Assembly: GCA_049969935.1 (NCBI GenBank)
Contig: JBMFNX010000001.1
Location: forward strand, 1,265-65,264
Length of the DNA stretch: 64,000 bases
Reading direction: 5' to 3'
Source of the DNA: Nitrososphaeria archaeon
Lineage (GTDB): Archaea > Thermoproteota > Nitrososphaeria > JACIWG01
This document shows, in pieces, positions 48,165 through 56,826 of this stretch. Within the stretch, counting starts at the first letter, position 1, and the number at the start of each line of letters is the position of its first letter. The notes beneath the pieces were generated by a model. It ran no database searches and was not told where the DNA came from. It was given only the letters and a program-made list of their open reading frames with translations. The position numbers and the translations under genes were made by a program.

Positions 48165-48940
48165 AGAGTTTAACTCAAACATTTTTGAACGAGGTAGGTG
48201 AGACGTTAAACTTTTTGAATATTGAAACAAAATACTATTTTAATCCCACAATTTTCCTTTTTACAACATTAACTTTAACAGTTTTATCTTCATTCAACTC
48301 TAGAATTTTTATTTCATTTTACATGATAACATTAAGTTTAATTATCCTATTACATTTTAATAGTTCAGGCATAAAGATTTGGATAAAGATTACTACATTA
48401 GTCTTTTTCTGGACACTATTCATATCTATACCACTAATTTTATCTTCCCCTAAAATATTTTCATTCTTTTCTAGTAAGAATGAAATATTTTATCAGCAAG
48501 AGGGAATATTAAGCTTCATTCTTAAGCCTGTCACAGCTTCAGCTACATTCACATCCTTCCTTTTGTCTGGTGGAGGAAAAAATTTTATTAGGGGGTTAGA
48601 GAGTATTAAAGTTCCTAAGGAAATAGTTAAACCTTTGTCGGCAACTATATTATTCATTCCAATGTTTACAAATTATGCCTGTAGAATGTTATCTGCGAGA
48701 GAGGCGAGGATAGTGTCAACTGATGTAAAAATTAAGTGGAAAATGCTTTCAACTGTTGTAGGAGATATGCTTTTAAAGGGCCTTGAAAAAGTACAGACAC
48801 TTGAAAGAGCAATAAAGGCGAGAAGTTTTTCAAAAGACTATATTAATTTACAGGAAATGAATTTTAAACTAATAGATTTGGCACTTTCTATACTAACTAT
48901 TATTTCCATAATATTATTTTACATTTTTAACTTTTCCTAG
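48161..48940 (+). CDS. cbiQ: ECF transporter T component CbiQ
   Basis: Multi-TM protein with AREAR and IKAR coupling motifs. Confidence 0.88.
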   Translation: MKSLTQTFLNEVGETLNFLNIETKYYFNPTIFLFTTLTLTVLSSFNSRIFISFYMITLSLIILLHFNSSGIKIWIKITTLVFFWTLFISIPLILSSPKIFSFFSSKNEIFYQQEGILSFILKPVTASATFTSFLLSGGGKNFIRGLESIKVPKEIVKPLSATILFIPMFTNYACRMLSAREARIVSTDVKIKWKMLSTVVGDMLLKGLEKVQTLERAIKARSFSKDYINLQEMNFKLIDLALSILTIISIILFYIFNFS

Positions 48941-48946
48941 AAGGAT

Positions 48947-49669
48947 ATGCTTTTCAAAATGGATAAAGTATACTTCAAATATTCTGATGAAGATAAAATT
49001 TTAGAGAACATAAACTTTTATGCAGAAAATGGAGAAGTTGTCGCAGTACTAGGTCCAACTGGATGTGGGAAAACCACATTTCTTCTGGTTGCAGCAGGCC
49101 TTCTAGAACCCTATTCTGGAGAAGTATATTACAAGAATAAACCGCTCAAAAAACAGCTTCCAGATGTCAGGAAAGAGATAGGTTTGGTCTTCCAAGATCC
49201 GGATGATCAAATCTTTAATGCGACAGTTTATGAAGAAATTGCATTCACATTAAAGCAATTATATCAAAAGGAGGATGTAGAAAAGAGGGTCTTCGAAGTC
49301 GCTAAAAGATTTAATATAGAGAATCTTCTCTACAAAAGCCCCTATAAGCTAAGTGTGGGCCAAAAACGTCTCGTAACATTCGCTTCAATATACGCGTATG
49401 AACCTAAACTAATGTTACTTGACGAACCTACTGCAAATTTAAATTCAAAAATAGTTAAACAAGTCAAAAATATAATATTAGAATATAAAGCGAAAGGAAA
49501 CTGCATAATATTAACTTCACACGATATTAATTTTGTCGTAAACGTAGCTAACCGACTGTATGCTTTAAATGGAGGAAAAATGGTTGGTGGGGGAGTTACT
49601 CAAATCATGCTTAAAGACAAAAAATTTCTTGAAATAGCGGATATTGACACTAATTATGCAAGCCTATGA
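48947..49669 (+). CDS. cbiO: ECF transporter ATPase CbiO
   Basis: GPTGCGKT, FQDPDDQ, LSVGQ, LDEP. Confidence 0.93.
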   Translation: MLFKMDKVYFKYSDEDKILENINFYAENGEVVAVLGPTGCGKTTFLLVAAGLLEPYSGEVYYKNKPLKKQLPDVRKEIGLVFQDPDDQIFNATVYEEIAFTLKQLYQKEDVEKRVFEVAKRFNIENLLYKSPYKLSVGQKRLVTFASIYAYEPKLMLLDEPTANLNSKIVKQVKNIILEYKAKGNCIILTSHDINFVVNVANRLYALNGGKMVGGGVTQIMLKDKKFLEIADIDTNYASL

Positions 49670-49914
49670 AATACAGTCAGCAACTCAAGGCTAAAAATTA
49701 AAACAGAATCATTTAAAATTGTATTATAAATTTTTTAATGATAATAATATTTTTTCCAAAAATTCAGTTTCTATTAACTTGAATTATAGTACATACTATA
49801 GGAGTCTCATGATAGTAGCTATTCTAAATAAATATTATAGACATGGAATTAAAGAAAATTTTTGCATAAAAGTTATTAATGGGCTGCTTAATAGCATTAT
49901 AATTGTGCCATGAT

Positions 49915-49988
49915 GCCGAGGTAGCTCAGCCTGGGAGAGCACCCGGCTGAAGACCGGGCTGTCGCCGGTTCAAGTCCGGCCCTCGGCA
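49915..49988 (+). tRNA. tRNA-Phe(GAA)
   Basis: GCCGAGG...CCTCGGCA, loop CT-GAA-GA. Confidence 0.96.
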
Positions 49989-50015
49989 TTTAAAAGCCTT
50001 GTATTATTATTTTAT

Positions 50016-50471
50016 TTAGGAAAGTTCTATTTCTATTAAGGGTCTTAGACTTCCTAAATATTTGCCATCTAAGTATACATCTATTGTATCTAGCCCAATT
50101 TGAGCCATTCTAAAAGTGCATCTTCTTTCTCCTGCAACTCTTTTTATCTCAATTATTAGGTCTAAAAAGTCTTGATCGGCACTTGCACCTAAGGGTCTAT
50201 CTTCAAATCCAATTACGAAGGTTTCAAAAACAATTCCACTATAATTGTAGGTTCCCTTTGTAACACCTATAATTTTATAATCAGATACTTCTATTCCTGT
50301 ACTTCTATTCATAAATTTGAACCTTTTTAATTGCAAACTTATTTCTTCAGGCAATTCTTGCACAATCCTAATTTTTACATATAAACCTATTAAAAAACCT
50401 AAAATAAAGAAAATAACTATTATTAATAACACAAACAGAAAACTTTTGGTCCTATTCGATTTATTTATCAA
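50016..50471 (-). CDS. membrane-anchored hypothetical protein with DUF4114/PA-IIL-like acidic motif
   Basis: N-terminal TM helix; GFEDRPLGASADQDFLDLII. Confidence 0.65.
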   Translation of the reverse strand: MINKSNRTKSFLFVLLIIVIFFILGFLIGLYVKIRIVQELPEEISLQLKRFKFMNRSTGIEVSDYKIIGVTKGTYNYSGIVFETFVIGFEDRPLGASADQDFLDLIIEIKRVAGERRCTFRMAQIGLDTIDVYLDGKYLGSLRPLIEIELS

Positions 50472-50601
50472 CCTACTAATCGATGCAACTGAACATTATT
50501 GCTAAAAATATTTTTCTATAAATTATTTAAAGATAATGAATGTGTTAAAGTAGAAAACCTTAAGTTAAACCCTTTATAGTGGAAATTATGGTGGTCTTAA
50601 A

Positions 50602-50666
50602 GGTATACGGTTATATCGACGGGCGAACTGACCAAAAATAGGGATGAAGAACTGAAACCGTATACC
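50602..50666 (+). ncRNA. atypical single-guide box C/D sRNA (predicted target 16S C1402)
   Basis: 11-bp terminal stem; guide CGACGGGCG-AA, CTGA, ATGAAGA, CTGA. Confidence 0.7.
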
Positions 50667-50676
50667 GGGAAAACAT

Positions 50677-50754
50677 GGGCCGATAGTACAGGCTGGTATG
50701 TACGCTCGCCTCGCACGCGAGAGGTCGCGGGTTCAAGTCCCGCTCGGTCCACCA
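50677..50754 (+). tRNA. tRNA-Ala(CGC)
   Basis: G3:U70 pair, CTCGC-CTCGCAC-GCGAG, encoded CCA. Confidence 0.96.
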
Positions 50755-50874
50755 TAATTTTAGTAAAAAATTAGTAAACAGCCCAATTTTATAATTAAAT
50801 TAAGTAAAAATTTTCCATTTTTAGCGAAGATGTATAAAACTGTCTTTTCTACAAGTGTTTACTTTAATATGGGA

Positions 50875-51007
50875 TGGTGGGGCTAGTGGGACTTGAACCC
50901 ACGACAGACGGGTTTCTTCACCCAGCTCCAAAACTACATCATCCTGGAATCAGTTTACCCATCTTGGTTCTGGAGCCCGTTGTCCTGCCTTGCTGGACGA
51001 TAGCCCC
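50875..51007 (-). tRNA. tRNA-Trp(CCA) with 56-nt intron (50914-50969) at 37/38
   Basis: GGGGCTA...TAGCCCCACCA; ACGGG-CTCCAG|intron|A-CCCGT; relaxed BHB motif. Confidence 0.93.
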
Positions 51008-51049
51008 CAGTATTATTATCCCTTAAAAAGGGGGAAAATAAATTTTTAA

Positions 51050-51121
51050 GATGGCGTCAAGATAACAGTAATAGGTTTACTGTGAGACAAAACCTACCCT
51101 TTAGCTTATCTTGACATCATC
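51050..51121. repeat. long imperfect inverted repeat / hairpin
   Basis: GATGGCGTCAAGATAA / TTATCTTGACATCATC (14 of 16 Watson-Crick) plus inner TAGGTTT/AAACCTA. Confidence 0.8.
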
Positions 51122-51171
51122 AATAATTTTTAAAAAACAAAAATTTAATTAGGAGCTTTTTGGGCGTTATG

Positions 51172-51292
51172 CTCAGCCGGCCATAGTGATGCGGGTTCGA
51201 CCTGGACTCGTCAGATCCCAGAAGTCAAACCGCATCACGCCATTGCGTTAGTGATGTGCGGAAGCCATCGCGAAGCAATGGTGCCGGCGCCA
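51172..51292 (+). rRNA. rrf: 5S rRNA (stand-alone; ends approximate)
   Basis: CGGCCATAG...ACCTGGACTCGTCAGATCCCAGAAGTCAA...TTAGT...GCGGAAGC...GCCGGC; helices I-V can be paired. Confidence 0.92.
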
Positions 51293-51327
51293 AAATAGTA
51301 GATAATAAAATGGGGGATAGAAAATAA

Positions 51328-52446
51328 ATGGGAATTGGTATATTTCAGTTATTTCCTACTGATAATTCGTCTATTCAGCAGATTTTATCGCTTATTTTTT
51401 ATGCAATTTTTTTCTTTTACTTATTTTTTGGACAACAATTGCAGGTTCAGAGAATTTTATTGTCAATTTCCGGGGCACTAAACAAGATAAAAGATGCTCA
51501 TGATAGGTCTAAAAGGGAAATAATTGATTTTCTTCAAAAAAATGGTTATAAGGGTGATGCGATCTCACATGTTAATACTTTAATAGAATATTTTACTATT
51601 TCTCCCGTGGACCTTGATCCTACAGGGTTAGTTAAAAAGATAGAACATATTTTAAGTGTGAGGGATGAAAGAATTCGCAGTGAAGTCCGAAGTATGCTGC
51701 CTGAAAAGGATGCATTAACAATTTCAATCCTTGAAAATTTATTAGAAATTTCAGCGGCATTGAATGTATACTATAAGGTTGTAAGACATTATTATCTTAT
51801 TGGCAAAAAGACTTCTAATCTTTATCTTCTAATGCAATTGCAAATGGTTTTACCAGATTTATTAAGAGAAGTTGAAGCATTAGTGTCGGCCATCGAACCG
51901 ATAAAAAATGCACAACCGATAGGTGATGGCATAGGGCCAATGGTAGCTGGTAGGCTACTATTAAATAATGATAAAAAGCAGATAGCCAGGGACACTGTAT
52001 TCGGTGAAGTGAATTATAAAAACCGAATTCTTTATGTTATAAAAGCAGAAGGGCCAGCGGGAAATGTTGGACAGCCTGGTAATGCAATAGAATATTTAAT
52101 TAACAATTACGGTTTAAAACCGGCTGCTATTATTATGATAGACGCAGCCCTTAAGTTAGAAGGGGAGGCTACTGGGGAAGTGGCTGAAGGAGCAGGTGCT
52201 GCAATAGGCGGTATTGGTGTTGATAAGTATAAAATTGAGGAAATAGCTTCAAGAAATAATATTCCATTGTATGCAATAATTATTAAGGAATCAATTGTTG
52301 AGGCAATCACTTGCATGACTAAGGAGATAGTGGAAGCGATTCCAAAAGTGCTTAATAGGATAGATTATCTCCTTGAAAATAGGACACGTGAAGGAGATAG
52401 AGTGATTGTTGTGGGGGTTGGAAATTCGATAGGGGTGGGCCAATAG
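51328..52446 (+). CDS. DUF1512 family protein
   Basis: PVDLDPTG, PIGDGIGP, IDAALKLEGE, GVGNSIGVGQ. Confidence 0.9.
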   Translation: MGIGIFQLFPTDNSSIQQILSLIFYAIFFFYLFFGQQLQVQRILLSISGALNKIKDAHDRSKREIIDFLQKNGYKGDAISHVNTLIEYFTISPVDLDPTGLVKKIEHILSVRDERIRSEVRSMLPEKDALTISILENLLEISAALNVYYKVVRHYYLIGKKTSNLYLLMQLQMVLPDLLREVEALVSAIEPIKNAQPIGDGIGPMVAGRLLLNNDKKQIARDTVFGEVNYKNRILYVIKAEGPAGNVGQPGNAIEYLINNYGLKPAAIIMIDAALKLEGEATGEVAEGAGAAIGGIGVDKYKIEEIASRNNIPLYAIIIKESIVEAITCMTKEIVEAIPKVLNRIDYLLENRTREGDRVIVVGVGNSIGVGQ

Positions 52447-52638
52447 TTGGCTAATAGATTATTTAAGGGGCAAAAACAGTTTAAGGTAGTTACTATAGAA
52501 GAATGCTTATCATGTAAACTAAAAATGAAAAGACCATTTAAAATAAATGATTATGTGTATAAAGAGGGTGAAGTTTGTCAAAAATGCGGGACTAAAATGA
52601 TTATATCAGCAATATATAAAGAGGAATTAAAGTATTAA
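52447..52638 (+). CDS. small zinc-ribbon protein
   Basis: CLSC...RPFK..DYV...CQKCG; abuts the DUF1512 gene. Confidence 0.8.
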   Translation: MANRLFKGQKQFKVVTIEECLSCKLKMKRPFKINDYVYKEGEVCQKCGTKMIISAIYKEELKY

Positions 52639-52647
52639 ATTTTATAA

Positions 52648-53547
52648 TCATAAAGTTGTAATTATTTTATTTTTTTCTAGCATTAAAACTGTATGCTCAA
52701 ATTGTGTAACTACATGATTGCTTGCTTCCCTTAACACAGAATATTTTCTTACAACCTTATTTTTAATAAGAGAATCGAGTACTTTAAGCAATTCTTGTTC
52801 ACTAAATATATCAGTAAACCATCTAGCTGCAAATGGCAATGTTTTCCTTCTCTTCCAAATTTCTTCTAATAAAAGATTAGCTTTCTCACACCTAATCTTT
52901 TTTCTTTTAATTAGACTAAAGATGTTAGCACGTGCGTCCTCTTTAACAAAAGCTGCAGCATTTTTGTCGGTAAGAAAAGGCTCTATTGCATAACATTTGC
53001 CTGCAATAAAATATCCAAGTGGACCATTTATTGGAACATTCGGAACAGATTGACCCGCGTGTATCTGGTAGCAATCTAATGAATGCCCTGAGAGATTACT
53101 TATTGGTTTATAGCCTCTACTTAATGACGTATAATAAACTGTTCTTCCTATTTCATTTAAACTTTTTCCAACTGTAATCTTTTGCAATACTTCATTTAAT
53201 ACCTCCAAGTTGGCATGTAACATATCAGAGAATTTTTCGTTGAAGGATATCGTTACCGCAGTATCTGCAATATATCCGTTTACATGAACACCTATATCTA
53301 ATTTTATAACATCACCATCTCTAATAATCCTTTCGTCATTTATTTCTGCTGTATCATGTGCTGCAATATCATTTACACAAATGTTAACGGGAAAAGCAGG
53401 GTCACCACCTAATTCTTTTATCCTATGCTCGATCGTTTTACATATATTTTCAAAACTCATGCTAGGATTTATTTTAGCGGTAGCTTCTTTTATAACAATT
53501 GATGCAATTCTTCCAGCTTTGATATAAGATTCAATGACCTGATCCAA
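52648..53547 (-). CDS. map: methionine aminopeptidase type II
   Basis: AFPVN, KLDIGVHVNGYIADTA, NLSGH, AIEPF, QFEHT. Confidence 0.97.
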   Translation of the reverse strand: MDQVIESYIKAGRIASIVIKEATAKINPSMSFENICKTIEHRIKELGGDPAFPVNICVNDIAAHDTAEINDERIIRDGDVIKLDIGVHVNGYIADTAVTISFNEKFSDMLHANLEVLNEVLQKITVGKSLNEIGRTVYYTSLSRGYKPISNLSGHSLDCYQIHAGQSVPNVPINGPLGYFIAGKCYAIEPFLTDKNAAAFVKEDARANIFSLIKRKKIRCEKANLLLEEIWKRRKTLPFAARWFTDIFSEQELLKVLDSLIKNKVVRKYSVLREASNHVVTQFEHTVLMLEKNKIITTL

Positions 53548-53632
53548 TTTCCTATCGCTTAAGATGATTAATTTCTCTTTAAAAATAATTGTGGTAATCC
53601 TTATATAAATTATATAATACTAAAACTGGAGA

Positions 53633-54145
53633 ATGAATAGGAAAAATATTTTTAATCAAGTTGTAGTGGGGGGAACATTTGATTTTATACATTTAGGACA
53701 TTTAAATTTGTTAAACACGGCATTTTCGATAGGCAAGAGGGTTATTATAGGAGTTTCTTCCGATTACTTAGTTAAAGAAATGGGAAAGGTCGTCGAACAT
53801 AATTTTAATGAGAGAAAAAGAAATCTAAACTTAATTATAAAAAAGATTAAAAGATATAAATCAAGATACTTTAGGATTATCCAATTAAATGATAGATTTG
53901 GACCAGCCCTTGATCCACAAACAGACGCTATTGTGGTGAGCGAGGAAACAGAAACAGTGGCAGAAGAATGTAATAAGATCAGATTAGCTATCGGGTTAAA
54001 AGCCTTATCAAAGGTTGTGGTACCTATTATATATTCTGAGAATGGAGAAAGAATTTCTTCAACAAGAATTAGAAATAAGGAAATTGATTCTAGAGGAAAA
54101 CTTTGCGTTGAGGGTCAAAAAGATACTTTTCGACAACATTTTTAG
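53633..54145 (+). CDS. coaD: phosphopantetheine adenylyltransferase (archaeal/eukaryotic type)
   Basis: GGTFDFIHLGH, DRFGP, VVSEET, ISSTRIR. Confidence 0.92.
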   Translation: MNRKNIFNQVVVGGTFDFIHLGHLNLLNTAFSIGKRVIIGVSSDYLVKEMGKVVEHNFNERKRNLNLIIKKIKRYKSRYFRIIQLNDRFGPALDPQTDAIVVSEETETVAEECNKIRLAIGLKALSKVVVPIIYSENGERISSTRIRNKEIDSRGKLCVEGQKDTFRQHF

Positions 54146-55238
54146 CTTTTTCCCGTTTAGATTGATAATCTGTTAGAAAAGCAACGATCTTTGTTGCTAA
54201 GCTATTTTTATGCTCACCACATAGCAATTTTCCACTTAAACAGTCTTGTCTTATCTCTTCTAACTTTTTATCATCCCTCTCAAAAAAGTATTGTTCATAA
54301 AAGTATACAGGACATATGTATGGGTTACCTCCTTTTTTCCTCTGTTCTTCCACTGTTGGTTGTCCTCCTGTAAAAGCATTTTTTACCTTCCGCCGAACAT
54401 CTTCAGGTTGATCAGTTGTATAAATTGCTGTTTCTGGTAAGGAGGAAGACATTTTCCCTTCTTTGCCTAGGGCGGGTAAAAATTTTGAATGAATTTGAGC
54501 GGGCTTGTAGTATCCCAATTTTTCTGCAACATCCCTTGTCATACGCCAAAAGTTATCCTGGTCTATTGCAGCTGGTATAAGACAAGGTACACGTTTTCCA
54601 AGCATTTCAGAATAAAGAAAACAGGGGGCAGCTTGAATAGATGGAAAGAATATCATACCTATATTTGTTGAGTCTGTGAACCCAAAAACAGCTTTAATAG
54701 TTGAGAGAGTAATGGATTTTGCAATTTTTATAGCAATCCTATAAAGTTCTTTAATTTCTTTTGTATCAATTAATATTTGCGTTTTTTCATGATCAAAGCC
54801 TACAGCAACTATGTCAAGTAAATTATCATAAGTCATGGATTCAACATTCAAGAGAGACAGTTCATCTTTGTAGAGGAACTTTTCATCATCTGTAACTTGG
54901 AAAAGTAGAGGAACATTAAACTTATCTTGTAAATATTTTGTGAAGAACCATGGTAGAAGGTGGCCTATATGAACTTTACCAGAAGGACCTCTACCCGTGT
55001 AGAGATAAAATTTTTCACCCTCTTCATATTTTTTGAAAATCCAATCTAAATCGCGATGACAAAAGAAGAAATTTCTTCTTAAAAAGAAATTTATTTCACC
55101 AGTAAACTTTCTAAAATATTCTAATATATTATCATCAATGTATTTGGTTCCAAATTGACGCACTAGTTTATCGTAGTCCACTTCTCCTTCAACAGACCAA
55201 GGAGTAACATTATATGATTTCGTACTATTTTCGTGCAT
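54090..55238 (-). CDS. trpS: tryptophan--tRNA ligase
   Basis: VTPW, YTGRGPS, HIGH, AIDQD, KMSSS; start moved to ATG 55238. Confidence 0.97.
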   Translation of the reverse strand: MHENSTKSYNVTPWSVEGEVDYDKLVRQFGTKYIDDNILEYFRKFTGEINFFLRRNFFFCHRDLDWIFKKYEEGEKFYLYTGRGPSGKVHIGHLLPWFFTKYLQDKFNVPLLFQVTDDEKFLYKDELSLLNVESMTYDNLLDIVAVGFDHEKTQILIDTKEIKELYRIAIKIAKSITLSTIKAVFGFTDSTNIGMIFFPSIQAAPCFLYSEMLGKRVPCLIPAAIDQDNFWRMTRDVAEKLGYYKPAQIHSKFLPALGKEGKMSSSLPETAIYTTDQPEDVRRKVKNAFTGGQPTVEEQRKKGGNPYICPVYFYEQYFFERDDKKLEEIRQDCLSGKLLCGEHKNSLATKIVAFLTDYQSKREKAKNVVEKYLFDPQRKVFL

Positions 55239-55302
55239 TTCAAAAGAGGTGTGACTAAAAAGATTTAAAAACGTTATGAAAAATCCATAGTAAGTAATAG
55301 AT

Positions 55303-56826
55303 ATGAGTGCAATCTTACATCCCATTGAAGTAGAAATTATAAGAGTATTAAGAGGAGAGGATTATATAACATTAACTGAAATCGCTGAACAAACAAAGCT
55401 TTCACTAGATCAGGTAAGACGAGGAATAGAATGGTTAAAGGAAAAGAAGTTAGTTGATGTCAAAGAAGAGGTCAGTAGTTTTATTGAACTGGACACTTTA
55501 GGAGAAAAAAGTGTGATAGAAGGGCTACCAGAACGTAAGATACATAATTTTTTGAGCAAAAAGGGGGGAAAAGAAGAAATTGAAACAGTTAAGACGGAAA
55601 TAGGTATGAATGAAAAAGAATTTTCGGCGGCTATAGGTTTTGCAATAAAGAATGGACTTGTTAAAGTAACTAAAGAAGATAAAAAAATATTGGTAGAAGC
55701 GTTACCTTATTCTAAATTGCTCGACACTGAAGTTTTACTCAGCAAAATTTTTTCTCAAAAACAAATAGAAACTAACAAATTAAGTCCATTTGAAAGGAAA
55801 ATTCTAAATGAATTAGTAAAAAGACCAAATTATATAAAAATTAAAGAAATAAAACGAATTAAAGTTAAAGCTAAAAAGGAGGCCTTTAAAATTCTTGAGG
55901 AATATTATAAGGCGAATTATGTTGAAAAGTTGACCCCTGAATTAATTATCAGTGGCATGTGGAGGAATGTCAAGTTAAGACCATATGATATTGAGGGAAC
56001 AGTTCCTGTAATATATCCAGGAAAAAAGCATCCAGTACAAGATTTTATAGACCAAGTTAGAGAAATATTTCTAAACTTTGGATTCGAAGAGATAGAAGGA
56101 CAAGTAATTCTATCTTCATTTTGGAACTTTGACGCCCTTTTTATACCTCAAGATCATCCTGCAAGGGAAATGCAAGATACATTCTATTTAAAAGATATGA
56201 TTGATAAAAGCTTGAGAAAAAATCCGATTGTTGAAACTATAAGAAAAATACATGAAAATGGAGGAAATACCGGCTCAAGAGGGTGGGGCTATAAATGGTC
56301 CATAATAGAAGCTGAAAAAATGGTATTGAGAACACATACAACACCGGCAACATTACAATACCTGTATGAGAATAAACCTTCATCTGCGAAGGTTTTTTCA
56401 ATAGACAAAGTTTTTAGAAATGAAAACTTAGATAGTAGACATTTATTTGAATTTCATCAATATGAAGGCATAGTCACAGGTAAAAATGTTACTTTAAGAC
56501 ATTTAATAGGAATTTTAAGTTCTTTTTATAAAGAACTTGGATTCAAAAAAGTCAAGTTTTGGCCAACATATTTTCCTTATACCGAACCATCCATGGAGGC
56601 AGTCGCATACGTTGATAGGATTGGAAAGTGGCTAGAATTATGTGGCATGGGAGTATTTAGACCTGAAGTTGTTGAACCTGCTGGAATAAAGAATCCAGTT
56701 TTAGCATGGGGAGGGGGACTAGAAAGATTAATTCTTTTAGCATATGATGTAGATGATATAAGATTCTTGTACGAAAATTCTTTAGGTTGGCTGAGGAGTG
56801 TAAATTATGCCCGTACTAAGTTTTAG
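55303..56826 (+). CDS. pheS: phenylalanine--tRNA ligase alpha subunit
   Basis: WNFDALF.PQDHPAR, LRTHTT, FPYTEPS, GLERL. Confidence 0.98.
   Translation: MSAILHPIEVEIIRVLRGEDYITLTEIAEQTKLSLDQVRRGIEWLKEKKLVDVKEEVSSFIELDTLGEKSVIEGLPERKIHNFLSKKGGKEEIETVKTEIGMNEKEFSAAIGFAIKNGLVKVTKEDKKILVEALPYSKLLDTEVLLSKIFSQKQIETNKLSPFERKILNELVKRPNYIKIKEIKRIKVKAKKEAFKILEEYYKANYVEKLTPELIISGMWRNVKLRPYDIEGTVPVIYPGKKHPVQDFIDQVREIFLNFGFEEIEGQVILSSFWNFDALFIPQDHPAREMQDTFYLKDMIDKSLRKNPIVETIRKIHENGGNTGSRGWGYKWSIIEAEKMVLRTHTTPATLQYLYENKPSSAKVFSIDKVFRNENLDSRHLFEFHQYEGIVTGKNVTLRHLIGILSSFYKELGFKKVKFWPTYFPYTEPSMEAVAYVDRIGKWLELCGMGVFRPEVVEPAGIKNPVLAWGGGLERLILLAYDVDDIRFLYENSLGWLRSVNYARTKF

Noticed and set aside
49719-49913. 64-aa ORF and short palindrome TATAGTA-CA-TACTATA (49785-49800)
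   Set aside because: The ORF runs through the tRNA-Phe promoter and has atypical composition; a 7-bp AT-rich palindrome is expected by chance
54090-54145. 56-nt convergent overlap of coaD and trpS 3' ends
   Set aside because: Common in compact archaeal genomes; both proteins look complete
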